Virus record (IMG/VR): IMGVR_UViG_3300032214_000986
Coordinates: 56,085-120,084 of that record
DNA length: 64,000 nucleotides
Strand: one strand, 5' to 3'
Origin: a virus
The position numbers were made by a program, and so were the translations under genes. Position 1 is the first letter of the stretch, and each line of letters begins with the position of its first letter. This document shows positions 21,233 through 31,925 of the stretch, one piece after another. The notes under the pieces were generated by a model that was given only the letters and a program-made list of their open reading frames with translations, made no database searches and was not told where the DNA came from.

Positions 21233-23005
21233 TTAATTTTTTAATTTTGTCATTATCTCATGAAATGAATTTGAAACTAAATGTCTATTATACCCATTAC
21301 TCACCAAAGATTCTTTCTCATCTCGTAAGTAATTTTCCAATATTTTTTTATCTGATTTTTTTGATGTGTCGAAACCTTCTAAAATAAAATTAAATCTATT
21401 GTTGATGATTAAAGACTCACTTAAATTTTGTGATTTCTTTTGGTTATGTTCTAACACAACTTTTTTTATTGTAGTTGATAGTCCCATAAGTTTTTTATTA
21501 TAAATATCTTGATTATTTAATTCTTCATTCAAATTAAGTTGATAATTTAACAAACGTCCGTTTGGATTACGCATAAGTAGAATATTTTCTTTACCTATTT
21601 TTCTAACAAACTTCTTATCGTCTTTAAATTTAGACCAACAATATTCCAAACTTTTTTTAGTCGGTTCTAATTGTGATCTCGTTTTTAGTATTTCACTTTT
21701 TAATTCGTCTTGGTGTAATTTTACTAGGTCTTTACCATAGTCAACGAATTGGTCAGTACAGAATTCTTCCATACTAACTTTACCTTTCATTTGTTCTAAT
21801 CTTCCACTTAATAAATCACTAATAGTTTTATTATACTCACTATTTTTAATACCATTAACAAACATATTATAGTACCAAGCATTGTTATATTTTTTATCGG
21901 CAATATTCATACTATTAAATTCAATAGTTTCTGTTTCACTACCTTTAAGGGTTTTATTAGGATTTAATGTTAAATTTAATTTAGTATTCGGTCCATTAAC
22001 CTCAAACTCATCAATTTTAAAAGTATATGCTTGGTCATCGGTATCACCATAAAAGGCAAACAATGAGTACTTCCCATAAATTACATCATCAAAAGTAAAC
22101 TCCCCTTGGTTATCTGAGAATGTTTCAAAAAACTGTTTACTGTTTTCTTTACTTATAATTTGTATAAATGCCTTTGGTAACACCCCAGAAAATTCTTTAG
22201 TCTTACCATCAAATTCTATGGTTGATTCGTAATATGTTGTACCAATGACATTTCCGCCTTTTTTAATCCCTAAAGACGTGTCAGTATCTACTTCAGTTTT
22301 GTTTCCTGATTTTGTTTTATTGTATTCAATTACGTTATCTATTTTCTCGCCACTTTCTAATGTTACACTAATAACACCTAATGCCGTTTGCTTAAATTCA
22401 CCCTTTAAAACTAAACCTGTTTTAGTAAATGTTATAACACCTTTACCTTGTATGTTCCCATTATAAAACGTACCTTTATAACCCATACCCATAGATTTGG
22501 AATAGACTTGCCCTTGACCTCCAATCATACCGTCAATAAATTCACCCTGATAAACCCAATCATCGGGAAGACTAACAAAATACCCTTTAGCATTTGTTAA
22601 GGTACCTTTCATAAACTTATTTCCCTTTTCCTCGTCACCTTTGAAGTATCTTGGTATTGTAAGTGGAGGTATTTCACTATAATAACTACCCTTGAAATCA
22701 CCCCTATCTCCGGTTTCACCAGTGTCAGTCTCAATCATTTTAAACTTATCAAAACAACCATTAACTGTGACATTATAACCATCTACGTTTCCGGCAAAAG
22801 TTGCCCAACCAAATTCAGGAATTTCACTTAAGGTACCAAACTTTTTTAGATTAACATAAGACCCATTACCACCACATCCTTTCCATGTACTTCGGTATTT
22901 TTCTAATTCCTCCGCAACATTAGGATCAACACTTTCAGTGACAAGATTATATCTTGATCGTATATGTTTTTTTTCCTCCTCAGTTAAATTGAATAGTTTT
23001 TTCAT
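21233..23005 (-). CDS. Leader-bearing protein with MORN-like repeats and a prealbumin/carboxypeptidase-regulatory-like domain
   Basis: Leader MKKLFNLTEEEK..LVTE; YQGEFIDG..GQG and YKGTFYNG..GKG repeats; SDNQGEFTF..YGKY. Confidence 0.6.
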   Translation of the reverse strand: MKKLFNLTEEEKKHIRSRYNLVTESVDPNVAEELEKYRSTWKGCGGNGSYVNLKKFGTLSEIPEFGWATFAGNVDGYNVTVNGCFDKFKMIETDTGETGDRGDFKGSYYSEIPPLTIPRYFKGDEEKGNKFMKGTLTNAKGYFVSLPDDWVYQGEFIDGMIGGQGQVYSKSMGMGYKGTFYNGNIQGKGVITFTKTGLVLKGEFKQTALGVISVTLESGEKIDNVIEYNKTKSGNKTEVDTDTSLGIKKGGNVIGTTYYESTIEFDGKTKEFSGVLPKAFIQIISKENSKQFFETFSDNQGEFTFDDVIYGKYSLFAFYGDTDDQAYTFKIDEFEVNGPNTKLNLTLNPNKTLKGSETETIEFNSMNIADKKYNNAWYYNMFVNGIKNSEYNKTISDLLSGRLEQMKGKVSMEEFCTDQFVDYGKDLVKLHQDELKSEILKTRSQLEPTKKSLEYCWSKFKDDKKFVRKIGKENILLMRNPNGRLLNYQLNLNEELNNQDIYNKKLMGLSTTIKKVVLEHNQKKSQNLSESLIINNRFNFILEGFDTSKKSDKKILENYLRDEKESLVSNGYNRHLVSNSFHEIMTKLKN

Positions 23006-23037
23006 TTTCTGATAAATAGTTTGGATAAGTATTAATT

Positions 23038-23898
23038 TTAGAATCTATTGTAAATCCCTAACTTACCTTTATATTTTTTTTCACATTTATCCAAAACATA
23101 ATCAACAATATTTTGGTGGTCGTCAGAAATATCAGAATCAGATTTAGCCAAATAAATCGAACGACAAAAACCTCTTTGTAGACTTACTTTAGGTGAGTTA
23201 TCAACCAAAGAATCAAAAAACTCTTTAGTTGGTTTTAATTTATAGATTATAATCTTATCGTTAAAAACGGAGTTTATTTCGCTTTCTGTGTAAAAATCCT
23301 TAAAAAACGGGTACGGGGTTTCAGGTGACCATCCTTGTGTCATCTTTTCTCTAACCTTACTTTTAATTTTTACTGGTAAGTTTTCTAAACCTAAAACCTC
23401 ATTTGTCTTCAGTTTTTGGACTGCGGTTTCCTCTTTTTTTTTTAATCCTGTTTCAGGATTTTCTTTAGTTTCAGGTTCTTTATCAGCGGGAACTTTTTTA
23501 GTTAGATTCATATTAGCAAGTTCTTTTTTACTAAAAGTACCCTTAACTAAAAACCAGTTACCATCGGCAGGACGAGCTACGGACCATATTTCCATCTCTC
23601 CTCTACCTTCTCTAAGTGACTGTAAAACTTTCGCCAATCCATCGACAGTAATAGATTCTGTTAGATGGGCTAAATCTTTAGTGAACATAATTTTAACAAC
23701 GTCTTCATGGGTGTCGATTACCGCACGAACAAAAGCATCATCTTCATCATATTTTTTTCTGTAATGGTCAATTCTGTCCATTACATCTTCCATGTTAATT
23801 TTAACATCTTTGTATTCTGCAGTTTCATCATTGTATGATTGAAACTTGAAAGTATCCTTCCAGTGCTTATAGTTATCTTCGTCGAATCTTTTACTCAT
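23038..23898 (-). CDS. Hypothetical protein
   Basis: 286-aa ORF, 5 nt downstream of the preceding gene. Confidence 0.7.
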   Translation of the reverse strand: MSKRFDEDNYKHWKDTFKFQSYNDETAEYKDVKINMEDVMDRIDHYRKKYDEDDAFVRAVIDTHEDVVKIMFTKDLAHLTESITVDGLAKVLQSLREGRGEMEIWSVARPADGNWFLVKGTFSKKELANMNLTKKVPADKEPETKENPETGLKKKEETAVQKLKTNEVLGLENLPVKIKSKVREKMTQGWSPETPYPFFKDFYTESEINSVFNDKIIIYKLKPTKEFFDSLVDNSPKVSLQRGFCRSIYLAKSDSDISDDHQNIVDYVLDKCEKKYKGKLGIYNRF

Positions 23899-23903
23899 AT
23901 CTG

Positions 23904-26450
23904 TTATTTTTTATATTTTTCAACAAATGTTGAAAGGTTATTATATTCTCTATCTGTATTTGTATTTAAATCTGAGAACTTAGGTGTTACCCAAACAATT
24001 TCTCCATTGTCTTTTATAGTTTCTAATACCGCACTTGTGGTTGATGGGTATTTTGTTAATGCAATTAAAACTAAATAATCCCCATCTTTAGATGTTAACA
24101 CTATTGACCCAACATCACTTTTTGGTATGTTGTTTTCGTTTACGCCACTATCTAATTTACCATATAATTGGTCTAAACTATTTAATTGAGTTAAACCTTC
24201 CGTACCCATTCTAGTCAATTCTTTTTGTTTTTCTCTTACTAATTCTAAAAAATCTTTAGGTACCTTAGGTATGTATTTTAAACTATTTTTAAGGAATACC
24301 GCATCATCTTCTGTGATATCTCCACTAGTTACCAAGCCGTCTATTCTGTTTTTAAATAACGTCATGTTATTTAAATCATTATTCTCAATTTTATTAACAA
24401 AAACCGGTTGCAACCCCCTCTTTTTTAATCTCTCATCTTTTAATTTTGCTTGGTTATAGTCCTCTTCCAAATCTTTGTTTATACTATCTGTTGTTTTTTC
24501 ATTGGCGATACGAGTAGCCATTTCCTCTTTTGTCTCACCATCACTTTTATTAGTATAACCCCATAGAGTTATTAAATCGTAAATCGTGTCATCGGCTAAC
24601 CCTGGTTGGGCTAATAGTGCCGCTTCCCACCATTCGTCGGATCCACCAATTCCAGTAACTAAAGAAATGACTCCCTTACCCATTATATGGTCTAAGACTC
24701 TCGGTCCAACATATTCACCTAAAACATTAAGTAATGGGTTGTCAGAATAAACCTTGTCTCCTTTTAGACCCTTACTTTTTATAAAACCGTCGTAAGCTGC
24801 TTCCATAAGACCCGCAGCCGTAGGTAATAAAACATAAGATATAAACATAACACCAGAAACGTATTTAGCGGTCGACGCACTAGTAAATCCTTTAGTCACT
24901 AAATACCTTTCAACATCTTTAGGTGTTCTAAAAGTACCACTAACAAATAAAGAGAAAAGCCTATCTCTATTTTTCAAAGTATTTTTTAAAATTGATTCAA
25001 ATGTTGAATTTGTAACATTGTCCAATTTTGGTGCGATTGTGGCTTCAGTTTCTTTAATACTAGCATATACATCTTTAGGTGTTTTTGTTCCTGTTGCCTT
25101 TGCACCTGCATTAAATAACTCATCTATCGATGAATAAAAATAAGTTGACTCCTGGTCTTCAATTGCCTTAACAAATAATTTAAATTGTTCTAGTTCAACA
25201 CCAGTTAATTTTGTTTCCGCATTTTTAACAAAAAGTTCCCATAGTTCTTTTAAACTCATTTCAAACCCTGTCTTAGGACTAAGAGGTGTTGATGAGTTTT
25301 TAAGTTTAACTAACTTATCTTTAATTTCTCTAATATATGTTTTATTGGCTTTACCACCTGAATTAACAAATTGACCAAAACCTGTATTGACTGCATCTTG
25401 GAATTTGTTGGAATAAAAATTAAACGTCGGGGTTAAATCACCAGTTTTTATTAAATTCTGTAATTTATATACTTGAGCCTCAAACGCGGCAATCCACCAT
25501 CTATAAAGAGGTCGATAAACATTTATATAAAATTTATCAAACCAATTATATTTTTTTGAAATTTGTTGTATGTCTTTACCAAAATCTCTTAAACTTTTAT
25601 CGTATTCTTTAAATGGATTCTTTTTACTTCCTGTATCAGAAAGTTGTTGAGGTAAGTCTAATGGTTCACGTAACTTCGGTGGTGTAATAACTCCCGCAGC
25701 ATCATCTATTCTACCTGAACTTCTAAATTGCTCAATTAGACTTTTAATCTCAGGTTCATTCTTAAATCTACCATCAAAAAAGTCTATAAATTCTTTAGCC
25801 ATGTCGTCAGTGAAGTTCGTACCTTGTCTCCCTAACGCCTTTGTACAGTAATCGTACGCCCACATTATTTGTGAGTTATTAAAATCGGTTAAATTCAGAA
25901 TTACATTAGGATTTCTAAAATTATTCTCTAATTGAGACTTCCAAAAAGCTAAAACCGCATCATAACCTCTTTGAGCGTTCGGTAATGAACCTTCCTTAAA
26001 CATTTTACTGATAACTCCCTGTGTTAATTTTTGTATTTGAGCCTCAGGAATCGTTTTCATTGCTTCCACAAATTTAGCAACATTTGGCTGTCCGCTATTC
26101 GCCACAATGTCATCTATTTTTCTACTAATTGCCAAATCATCAGCTAACTGAATTACGTTATTATCAAAATTAGTCTTAGTATATTTAGTTCTAATCGAAC
26201 TCATTAAATCACTGTTTGACTTTAAAGTTCTGATAGCATCGTCAGCTTCTTGTCTAGTCATTTTACCTTGGGCTACTAATATATCTGCAGCATCATCGAA
26301 CACATTATCTACACTTGAAGCCGTGGTTTTTATTAAATTTTTAATTAAATTAACCATAAGACCTTGTTCAGAGATAATAGGTTTAACCCCCATTAAATCT
26401 TGTATTCTAGCGACCTCATTTAATATATTAGATTTTTTCATCTTTTGCAT
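23904..26450 (-). CDS. Large helical leader-bearing protein with hydrophobic segment (candidate head-internal/ejection protein)
   Basis: Leader ILNEVARIQDLMG..IISEQ; hydrophobic YVSGVMFISYVLLPTAAG; TATTTAT upstream. Confidence 0.6.
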   Translation of the reverse strand: MQKMKKSNILNEVARIQDLMGVKPIISEQGLMVNLIKNLIKTTASSVDNVFDDAADILVAQGKMTRQEADDAIRTLKSNSDLMSSIRTKYTKTNFDNNVIQLADDLAISRKIDDIVANSGQPNVAKFVEAMKTIPEAQIQKLTQGVISKMFKEGSLPNAQRGYDAVLAFWKSQLENNFRNPNVILNLTDFNNSQIMWAYDYCTKALGRQGTNFTDDMAKEFIDFFDGRFKNEPEIKSLIEQFRSSGRIDDAAGVITPPKLREPLDLPQQLSDTGSKKNPFKEYDKSLRDFGKDIQQISKKYNWFDKFYINVYRPLYRWWIAAFEAQVYKLQNLIKTGDLTPTFNFYSNKFQDAVNTGFGQFVNSGGKANKTYIREIKDKLVKLKNSSTPLSPKTGFEMSLKELWELFVKNAETKLTGVELEQFKLFVKAIEDQESTYFYSSIDELFNAGAKATGTKTPKDVYASIKETEATIAPKLDNVTNSTFESILKNTLKNRDRLFSLFVSGTFRTPKDVERYLVTKGFTSASTAKYVSGVMFISYVLLPTAAGLMEAAYDGFIKSKGLKGDKVYSDNPLLNVLGEYVGPRVLDHIMGKGVISLVTGIGGSDEWWEAALLAQPGLADDTIYDLITLWGYTNKSDGETKEEMATRIANEKTTDSINKDLEEDYNQAKLKDERLKKRGLQPVFVNKIENNDLNNMTLFKNRIDGLVTSGDITEDDAVFLKNSLKYIPKVPKDFLELVREKQKELTRMGTEGLTQLNSLDQLYGKLDSGVNENNIPKSDVGSIVLTSKDGDYLVLIALTKYPSTTSAVLETIKDNGEIVWVTPKFSDLNTNTDREYNNLSTFVEKYKK

Positions 26451-26476
26451 TTTAATATAAATATAAACTACTTTAG

Positions 26477-28570
26477 TTAGTACGTCATTTTGTACTTACC
26501 AAATATTTCATTAAATTCTTCCTCTGACATATCATCAGTATTTTTTAAACTATTAGTTACGTCTTTAACTAGTTTATCTCTATTCGTTTTATCTTGTTCA
26601 AGAGCATCCTCAACTAATTTTTCGTCTAATAATAATTTATCTTTTTCTTTTAGGTATTTATCATATGCAGACTTAACTTCAGCAATCCTTAATTCATCAA
26701 AGTTTTCACCTGTAATATTTTTAATTGTGCCGTATTTTTTACTTTTCAAATCATTTATTAATTGGGTAAGTGTATCTGAACCAACGACACCGTCTACTTT
26801 TAAACCGTTTTGTTTTTGATATAACTTAACAAGTTCTTCAGTTGCTTTATCGAAGGTACCGTAGTTTACTGACCCTATTTTTCCAAAACCAAATGCTCCT
26901 GATTTTGTAATATCTTTACCAACAAATAATTTAACATTATGTGTTGTTTGGTCAAACATAGTAACTCTCATTATTACAACACTTTTTAAATTACCAAAAT
27001 TATATGTAAGAACTTTTGAGTTATTACTATTACTTATGGTTTTAATTAATTTACCTGTTGACGTATACAATGAAATATTATTAATATTTTCAGAATTATT
27101 AATAGTTAATACGTTATTTTTAATATTATAATTAGGAACTTTTAAGTTTGTGTCTAATTTTGCAGCAATTAAGATAAATTGGATTATCAATACGTCCGTA
27201 TTGTAATAACCATATTTAGTACTATATGATTTATTTTCGTTTTTTGCTTTTCGTAACTGTTGAATAAATAACGAGTTGTCTGTCTTAACTGATTCTAATT
27301 TGTCTTTTACTGCGGCAATTTCACAAGGACTGGTGAATGGTTGTACATACTTACCTGCCTCCCCAACCGCTTTTAATATTTTCCAATCAGACTGAGTTAA
27401 CGCTTCTAAAGGTATCGTATTACATATACCCATATGTTTAGCAATTGCATCCCATGTATAAAATGAACCACCAATTTGTAAACCTAACCTTGTGGTAAAA
27501 TTGGCACTTAATCGTCCCGTTTTTATTAATTTTAATATGAACTTTAAAATATCGCTAGATTTTGCAGATTTACTTATTAATTGTTTGGTAAACTGTCTAG
27601 CCATACCTATCTTAGAAAGTCTAGTGTACTTACCTCCGTTAGCGGTAACATTTGCTGCTAACTCAAGTTCACCTTTACTAAAGTTAGTTTGTTTTAGTGC
27701 GATTTTTTTGATTAATGATGGTCCATATTTAGCAACTAACATTTCCAAACCACTGTCTAAAGGACCCGCAAATGCAAATATTAATGCCAATCCAGCCGCG
27801 TAATCATTTTCGTCAGCATATTTGTAAATCGCAGCATCCAAAGACTCAATACCAAATGATAATGCCGACCTAAGTAACCACGTCCCAATACCCACACCAG
27901 GTATAAATGATGTCGCAATAGACACAAGAGGTAAAACAATATGTGCCACTTCTCTTGTAAAAGGTGGAAGGATTTCTTTAGCTGTTGAGTCGAAAGGGAC
28001 CTCAAAATCGTAAGTCTCATTAGGATTAAATTTTTGTAACACCTTTTGGTACTCCTCCAACCAATAATCATTAAATTGCCATTGCATTTCTTGACCAAGA
28101 CCTGTTGGTGAGTTTCTTTTCCACTCGGACCCCCAAGAACCTAATGAAAATTCCTGACCTTGTATAAATTGTAGAACGGTTTTACCTTGTTCTTGTGGGT
28201 AACACCCATATATAAAAACAAGTAATATTACGTAGGCTTCTTTTGATTTTATTAATTTTAAGGCGTCTAAGATAATATCTTCTTTAGTCCCATTAGTATC
28301 GATTTGTCCTTTTAAGATTAAAAATACTTTCTTTGCTGTTTTTTCAAAATCTTTAGTAAGTGGTGCATTTAAAAGTGCTTTACAATTCTGTTCTATTTTT
28401 TTTTCAGTTTCTCTTTTTTCCCTATCAGCCTTTATCTCTGCATCGCTTTTACCAGGTGTTGTGCCGAAGTTTGGTGCACCAATAACAGATTGTTCAGATA
28501 ATGTCTTAGATCTCTCATAACTGATTAATCTAATTTGTTTTAATATGTCTTCACTTATTAATTTATCCAT
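26477..28570 (-). CDS. Leader-bearing protein with annexin-like GT-x-E segment, hydrophobic helices and peptidoglycan-binding domain
   Basis: GTKEDIILDAL; SFIPGVGIG hydrophobic region; GTFDKATEELVKLYQKQNGLKVDGVVGSDT (PG_binding_1). Confidence 0.7.
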   Translation of the reverse strand: MDKLISEDILKQIRLISYERSKTLSEQSVIGAPNFGTTPGKSDAEIKADREKRETEKKIEQNCKALLNAPLTKDFEKTAKKVFLILKGQIDTNGTKEDIILDALKLIKSKEAYVILLVFIYGCYPQEQGKTVLQFIQGQEFSLGSWGSEWKRNSPTGLGQEMQWQFNDYWLEEYQKVLQKFNPNETYDFEVPFDSTAKEILPPFTREVAHIVLPLVSIATSFIPGVGIGTWLLRSALSFGIESLDAAIYKYADENDYAAGLALIFAFAGPLDSGLEMLVAKYGPSLIKKIALKQTNFSKGELELAANVTANGGKYTRLSKIGMARQFTKQLISKSAKSSDILKFILKLIKTGRLSANFTTRLGLQIGGSFYTWDAIAKHMGICNTIPLEALTQSDWKILKAVGEAGKYVQPFTSPCEIAAVKDKLESVKTDNSLFIQQLRKAKNENKSYSTKYGYYNTDVLIIQFILIAAKLDTNLKVPNYNIKNNVLTINNSENINNISLYTSTGKLIKTISNSNNSKVLTYNFGNLKSVVIMRVTMFDQTTHNVKLFVGKDITKSGAFGFGKIGSVNYGTFDKATEELVKLYQKQNGLKVDGVVGSDTLTQLINDLKSKKYGTIKNITGENFDELRIAEVKSAYDKYLKEKDKLLLDEKLVEDALEQDKTNRDKLVKDVTNSLKNTDDMSEEEFNEIFGKYKMTY

Positions 28571-28968
28571 TACTTGTAATTTTTTCCTGTTGGTCCCATT
28601 GTTCTACCCGACGCCCATTTTGTTGGACCTATTGGGTTACCTTTACCTCTCGTTGTTTTATCTTCACGTTTTGCACTTGTAATTGGATTTCCAGGACCTC
28701 TAACCGCACCGGTTTCCCATGGAGTCATAGAGCTACCTGTATCCGATGAGGTATCAGTAGTTGTGTCAGTTGTTTCTGGTGTGTCTTCTTGCTCAACTAT
28801 TTCCTCATCCATACCGTCCACAGCATTATCGTCATCCGTAGGACCTGTTTGTTTGATTTGTTGGTCACTACCTGTTTTAGCCCTATTTAATTGAACGTCA
28901 ATGTTAGGTGCCTCGTTTAGAAACATTATATTTCTAATACGCATGATATTTTCTTGTAGGTTTTTCAC
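28570..28968 (-). CDS. Leader-bearing acidic/basic low-complexity protein
   Basis: MKNLQENIMRIRNIMFLNE; repeated W-x-x-G..RG-x-GNP motifs. Confidence 0.7.
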   Translation of the reverse strand: MKNLQENIMRIRNIMFLNEAPNIDVQLNRAKTGSDQQIKQTGPTDDDNAVDGMDEEIVEQEDTPETTDTTTDTSSDTGSSMTPWETGAVRGPGNPITSAKREDKTTRGKGNPIGPTKWASGRTMGPTGKNYK

Positions 28969-29000
28969 TTATTATAAATAGTTTTAATTATAAAAAAGGT

Positions 29001-30368
29001 TTAACCTTTATATTGTAAATGGAAATGGGGGCCTGTAGACGCATCTGAAGGATTCAGATACTCATCAATATATCCAAATCCCGAATATAGATCTTTATAG
29101 TTGTCCATTAGTTTTTTAAATCCGGAATGAAACTGTGAACCTAAAGTTAAATCCAACGCTCTACCTTTTGTATGTAAACTCTCATACTCCAAGTTATGGT
29201 GGAAATTATCATTACCACTTGTAATGTATATGTCCGCATTAGGCTCAATTTCTTGATAATCTTTTAGTAATTCCAAAACAATACCTAAGAAAGTACCATT
29301 AAGTTCACCACCACTATTTACATCTTCACCATTATTTTTTAATCCAAACCCTAATGATTTAATATTCGATTTGAATTCATCTGCCCCGACTGTTTTTGCA
29401 TCTTTTTCAATCTCATCTTCATTAGGAATTTCACCCATTAAAAATTTAGATAAATCATTATCATCAAAGCCTTTAATTTTTAATTCATAAAAAATAGATT
29501 CTAATGTTTCATCATCGGCAACACCAGTCATGGACAATCCGTTATCTGCTTGGAAATCCCTAACAGCTCTTTCAGTATTTTGGGTGTACCGACCATCAGT
29601 ATTAATATTACTATACCCTAAGAACTTTAAAGCCACTTGTATCATTTCAATATCACCCATATAATCAGAAGACATGTCGGTACTATAGTCATTACCTGAA
29701 TTAACAATATCCTCAAAATTTTCTAAAAATTCATATATGGTATCAAAATCGGCGTCTTCATCAATATCTAAATCAACAAAAACCTCTGGTTTCATTAATG
29801 GTTCATTATCAATAGTTGCGATATCTGACATTGGTGAAATAAATGCATCTATATATGATTTTAAGTTAGATATTACTTTACTACCTTTAATTAGTCTTTC
29901 ATCTCCAATTAAAGGGTAGTCCCCAACAACTTTAACTTTATCTTTTTTAATTAAATTGTAAAATACGATTGCGTTTTCTTCTAACTCTAAAACCTCATCT
30001 TCAGTTAAATCATATTCATCGATATCTATATACCCCTTCATTAAGTATAATTCGGCGTTAGGAAAAACCCTAAACATTTCATTAATTAATGTTGTTATTG
30101 ATGAATCAGGTTCAAACATATCGTTAGTACCAATAGAGAAAAATACCTGATTAATATTTTCATATGGCTCGTGAACTACCAATTTTTCAGTTAGTTCATC
30201 TATTGTCATTTCAGGGTCGATTAATTCAAAAGGACGTAATAAGTCAGAATTATCAAGGAGATATGCAATTTGGTCTCCAATAACTGCCACCGATGGGTTG
30301 TTTTGGAAATCTTCGTTAACCGCCATCATAGTTTTTATCCTACTGATTTGGGAAATAAATTCGTTCAT
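29001..30368 (-). CDS. Leader + SGNH-like domain + peptidoglycan-binding domain + M15-like Zn peptidase
   Basis: VIGDQ and FSIGTND; QVALKFLGY..DG..TERAVRDFQ..GL..TG; ITSGND..SLHTKGRALD..TGPHFH. Confidence 0.7.
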   Translation of the reverse strand: MNEFISQISRIKTMMAVNEDFQNNPSVAVIGDQIAYLLDNSDLLRPFELIDPEMTIDELTEKLVVHEPYENINQVFFSIGTNDMFEPDSSITTLINEMFRVFPNAELYLMKGYIDIDEYDLTEDEVLELEENAIVFYNLIKKDKVKVVGDYPLIGDERLIKGSKVISNLKSYIDAFISPMSDIATIDNEPLMKPEVFVDLDIDEDADFDTIYEFLENFEDIVNSGNDYSTDMSSDYMGDIEMIQVALKFLGYSNINTDGRYTQNTERAVRDFQADNGLSMTGVADDETLESIFYELKIKGFDDNDLSKFLMGEIPNEDEIEKDAKTVGADEFKSNIKSLGFGLKNNGEDVNSGGELNGTFLGIVLELLKDYQEIEPNADIYITSGNDNFHHNLEYESLHTKGRALDLTLGSQFHSGFKKLMDNYKDLYSGFGYIDEYLNPSDASTGPHFHLQYKG

Positions 30369-30370
30369 TT

Positions 30371-30676
30371 TTATTTATATTCTGGTTTAGGTAGTTTCTC
30401 CGGGTAAACTACATAATATTCGTTTAAAAAAGTAATTAAAGAATCTTCATTTTCTATATAGTCGTATTCGTCACTTCCCCATTCGTCTTCTTCATCTAAT
30501 ATCTCATCAAAAATTTCAAAGTCCTTAGAGTTATCAAAACCAAATTCCTCGAAGTAAGAATACTCAACGAAATCTTCCCTAATTATATCATCATCGTCCT
30601 CTAATAACCTAAATTCAACATTTATTAAATTCTGACTTTTATCTATATAATGTGAAATAATTTCTACGATTTCCAT
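30371..30676 (-). CDS. Acidic hypothetical protein
   Basis: 101-aa ORF tightly coupled to its neighbours. Confidence 0.7.
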   Translation of the reverse strand: MEIVEIISHYIDKSQNLINVEFRLLEDDDDIIREDFVEYSYFEEFGFDNSKDFEIFDEILDEEDEWGSDEYDYIENEDSLITFLNEYYVVYPEKLPKPEYK

Positions 30677-31173
30677 TACATAAAGTTTTTAAATCTCCTA
30701 AACATATCTAGTGATTTATTAACACTTTCCGATAACTGCGTTTCTTCTTGGTCTAAAACCGATTCGTCGTCTAATAAATCCTCAAAAGATTTATCTTGAA
30801 AATCCTCTTCATATTCATAAACATCTGATGGTCCTTTTGATACGAATTCATATGGTCTTTCACCCATTCCCATTTGAGTCATGGATTGTTGAGGTCCCTC
30901 AGAATCGAATTCATATGCCGCGTCTATCTCATCGTAATTTAATGGTTTTGCCGTAATTTCATTTACGCTTTCATTAACGTTATGGTTTGTATATGTTTTC
31001 ACATTACCGGTATTATCAACAGTAACACCACCTTTATCACCAGCAGCATCATACACAGTTAATGGTGTCATATTTGATGTTACATTACCTGTCGCATAAC
31101 CATCATAAACGGTTGCGTGTTGTTTTAATATTGTTTGTCTTTCTTCGTCAGACATGATTGAAAATCCTCTCAT
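30676..31173 (-). CDS. Hypothetical protein
   Basis: 165-aa ORF with overlapping stop/start junctions on both sides. Confidence 0.7.
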   Translation of the reverse strand: MRGFSIMSDEERQTILKQHATVYDGYATGNVTSNMTPLTVYDAAGDKGGVTVDNTGNVKTYTNHNVNESVNEITAKPLNYDEIDAAYEFDSEGPQQSMTQMGMGERPYEFVSKGPSDVYEYEEDFQDKSFEDLLDDESVLDQEETQLSESVNKSLDMFRRFKNFM

Positions 31174-31856
31174 TAGATTTCTTTATTTATAAATTTATGT
31201 GCCTCTTGCATCCAAAACTTTTTTGCGGTATTTGCTAACCTTTGCATTGATCTTTGGATGTTTCTTACACTTACTTCTTTGTTTTCATTTTCTAAAAGTT
31301 TCATTGCCGCTCTGATAAATATATCTTTCGTTTCTTGCGACATCTCTATAATTTTTTCTATAATTTCTTCTTGGTCTTCGTCGAACTCCCTTTCGTAAGA
31401 TTTTAATTTAATATAATCTTTAATATAATCAGGTCCTGACAAAATAAACTTTCCACCTTCAGTGAACATATTATGAGTACCTAATCTTCTTTCTAATTCT
31501 AAAAATTGGTATACCTTATTTAATTCTCCTCGATTAAATAAACCTAAAAATTCACCGATACTAACTAAATCATCAACATCTTTAATATTCATTTCGTGTA
31601 TTGGTTCGATGTCATAATCAGAATCAAGTATCCAAGCATCACTGTCAGGGATAAGTGATAAATTACTCATTACGTTATCATTTTCATCGTACCATTCAAC
31701 ACCATATTGAAATCCAATATCGTTACTTGTAAACTTTGGGGTTTTTTCTATTTTTAGAACTTTACCTTTTATACCAGCACCTAACGACTCCCCATCCATA
31801 TGGACTAAAACAATTCTATCTCCTTCTTTTAGTTCGGGGTTTAACTTTTTTCTCAT
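31173..31856 (-). CDS. Hypothetical protein (SH3-like N-terminus)
   Basis: Start moved to ATG 31856 because TATTTAT at 31861-31867 is immediately upstream; LKEGDRIVLV..GKV..YGVEW pattern. Confidence 0.65.
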   Translation of the reverse strand: MRKKLNPELKEGDRIVLVHMDGESLGAGIKGKVLKIEKTPKFTSNDIGFQYGVEWYDENDNVMSNLSLIPDSDAWILDSDYDIEPIHEMNIKDVDDLVSIGEFLGLFNRGELNKVYQFLELERRLGTHNMFTEGGKFILSGPDYIKDYIKLKSYEREFDEDQEEIIEKIIEMSQETKDIFIRAAMKLLENENKEVSVRNIQRSMQRLANTAKKFWMQEAHKFINKEI

Positions 31857-31894
31857 AATTATAAATACTACGTTATTAATAAGATTTAAAAACA

Positions 31895-31919
31895 AAAAAC
31901 TCAACCGAAGTTGAGTTTT
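31895..31919 (-). terminator. Intrinsic terminator with cUUCGg tetraloop
   Basis: AAAAAACTCAACCGAAGTTGAGTTTT. Confidence 0.8.
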
Positions 31920-31925
31920 AATAAT

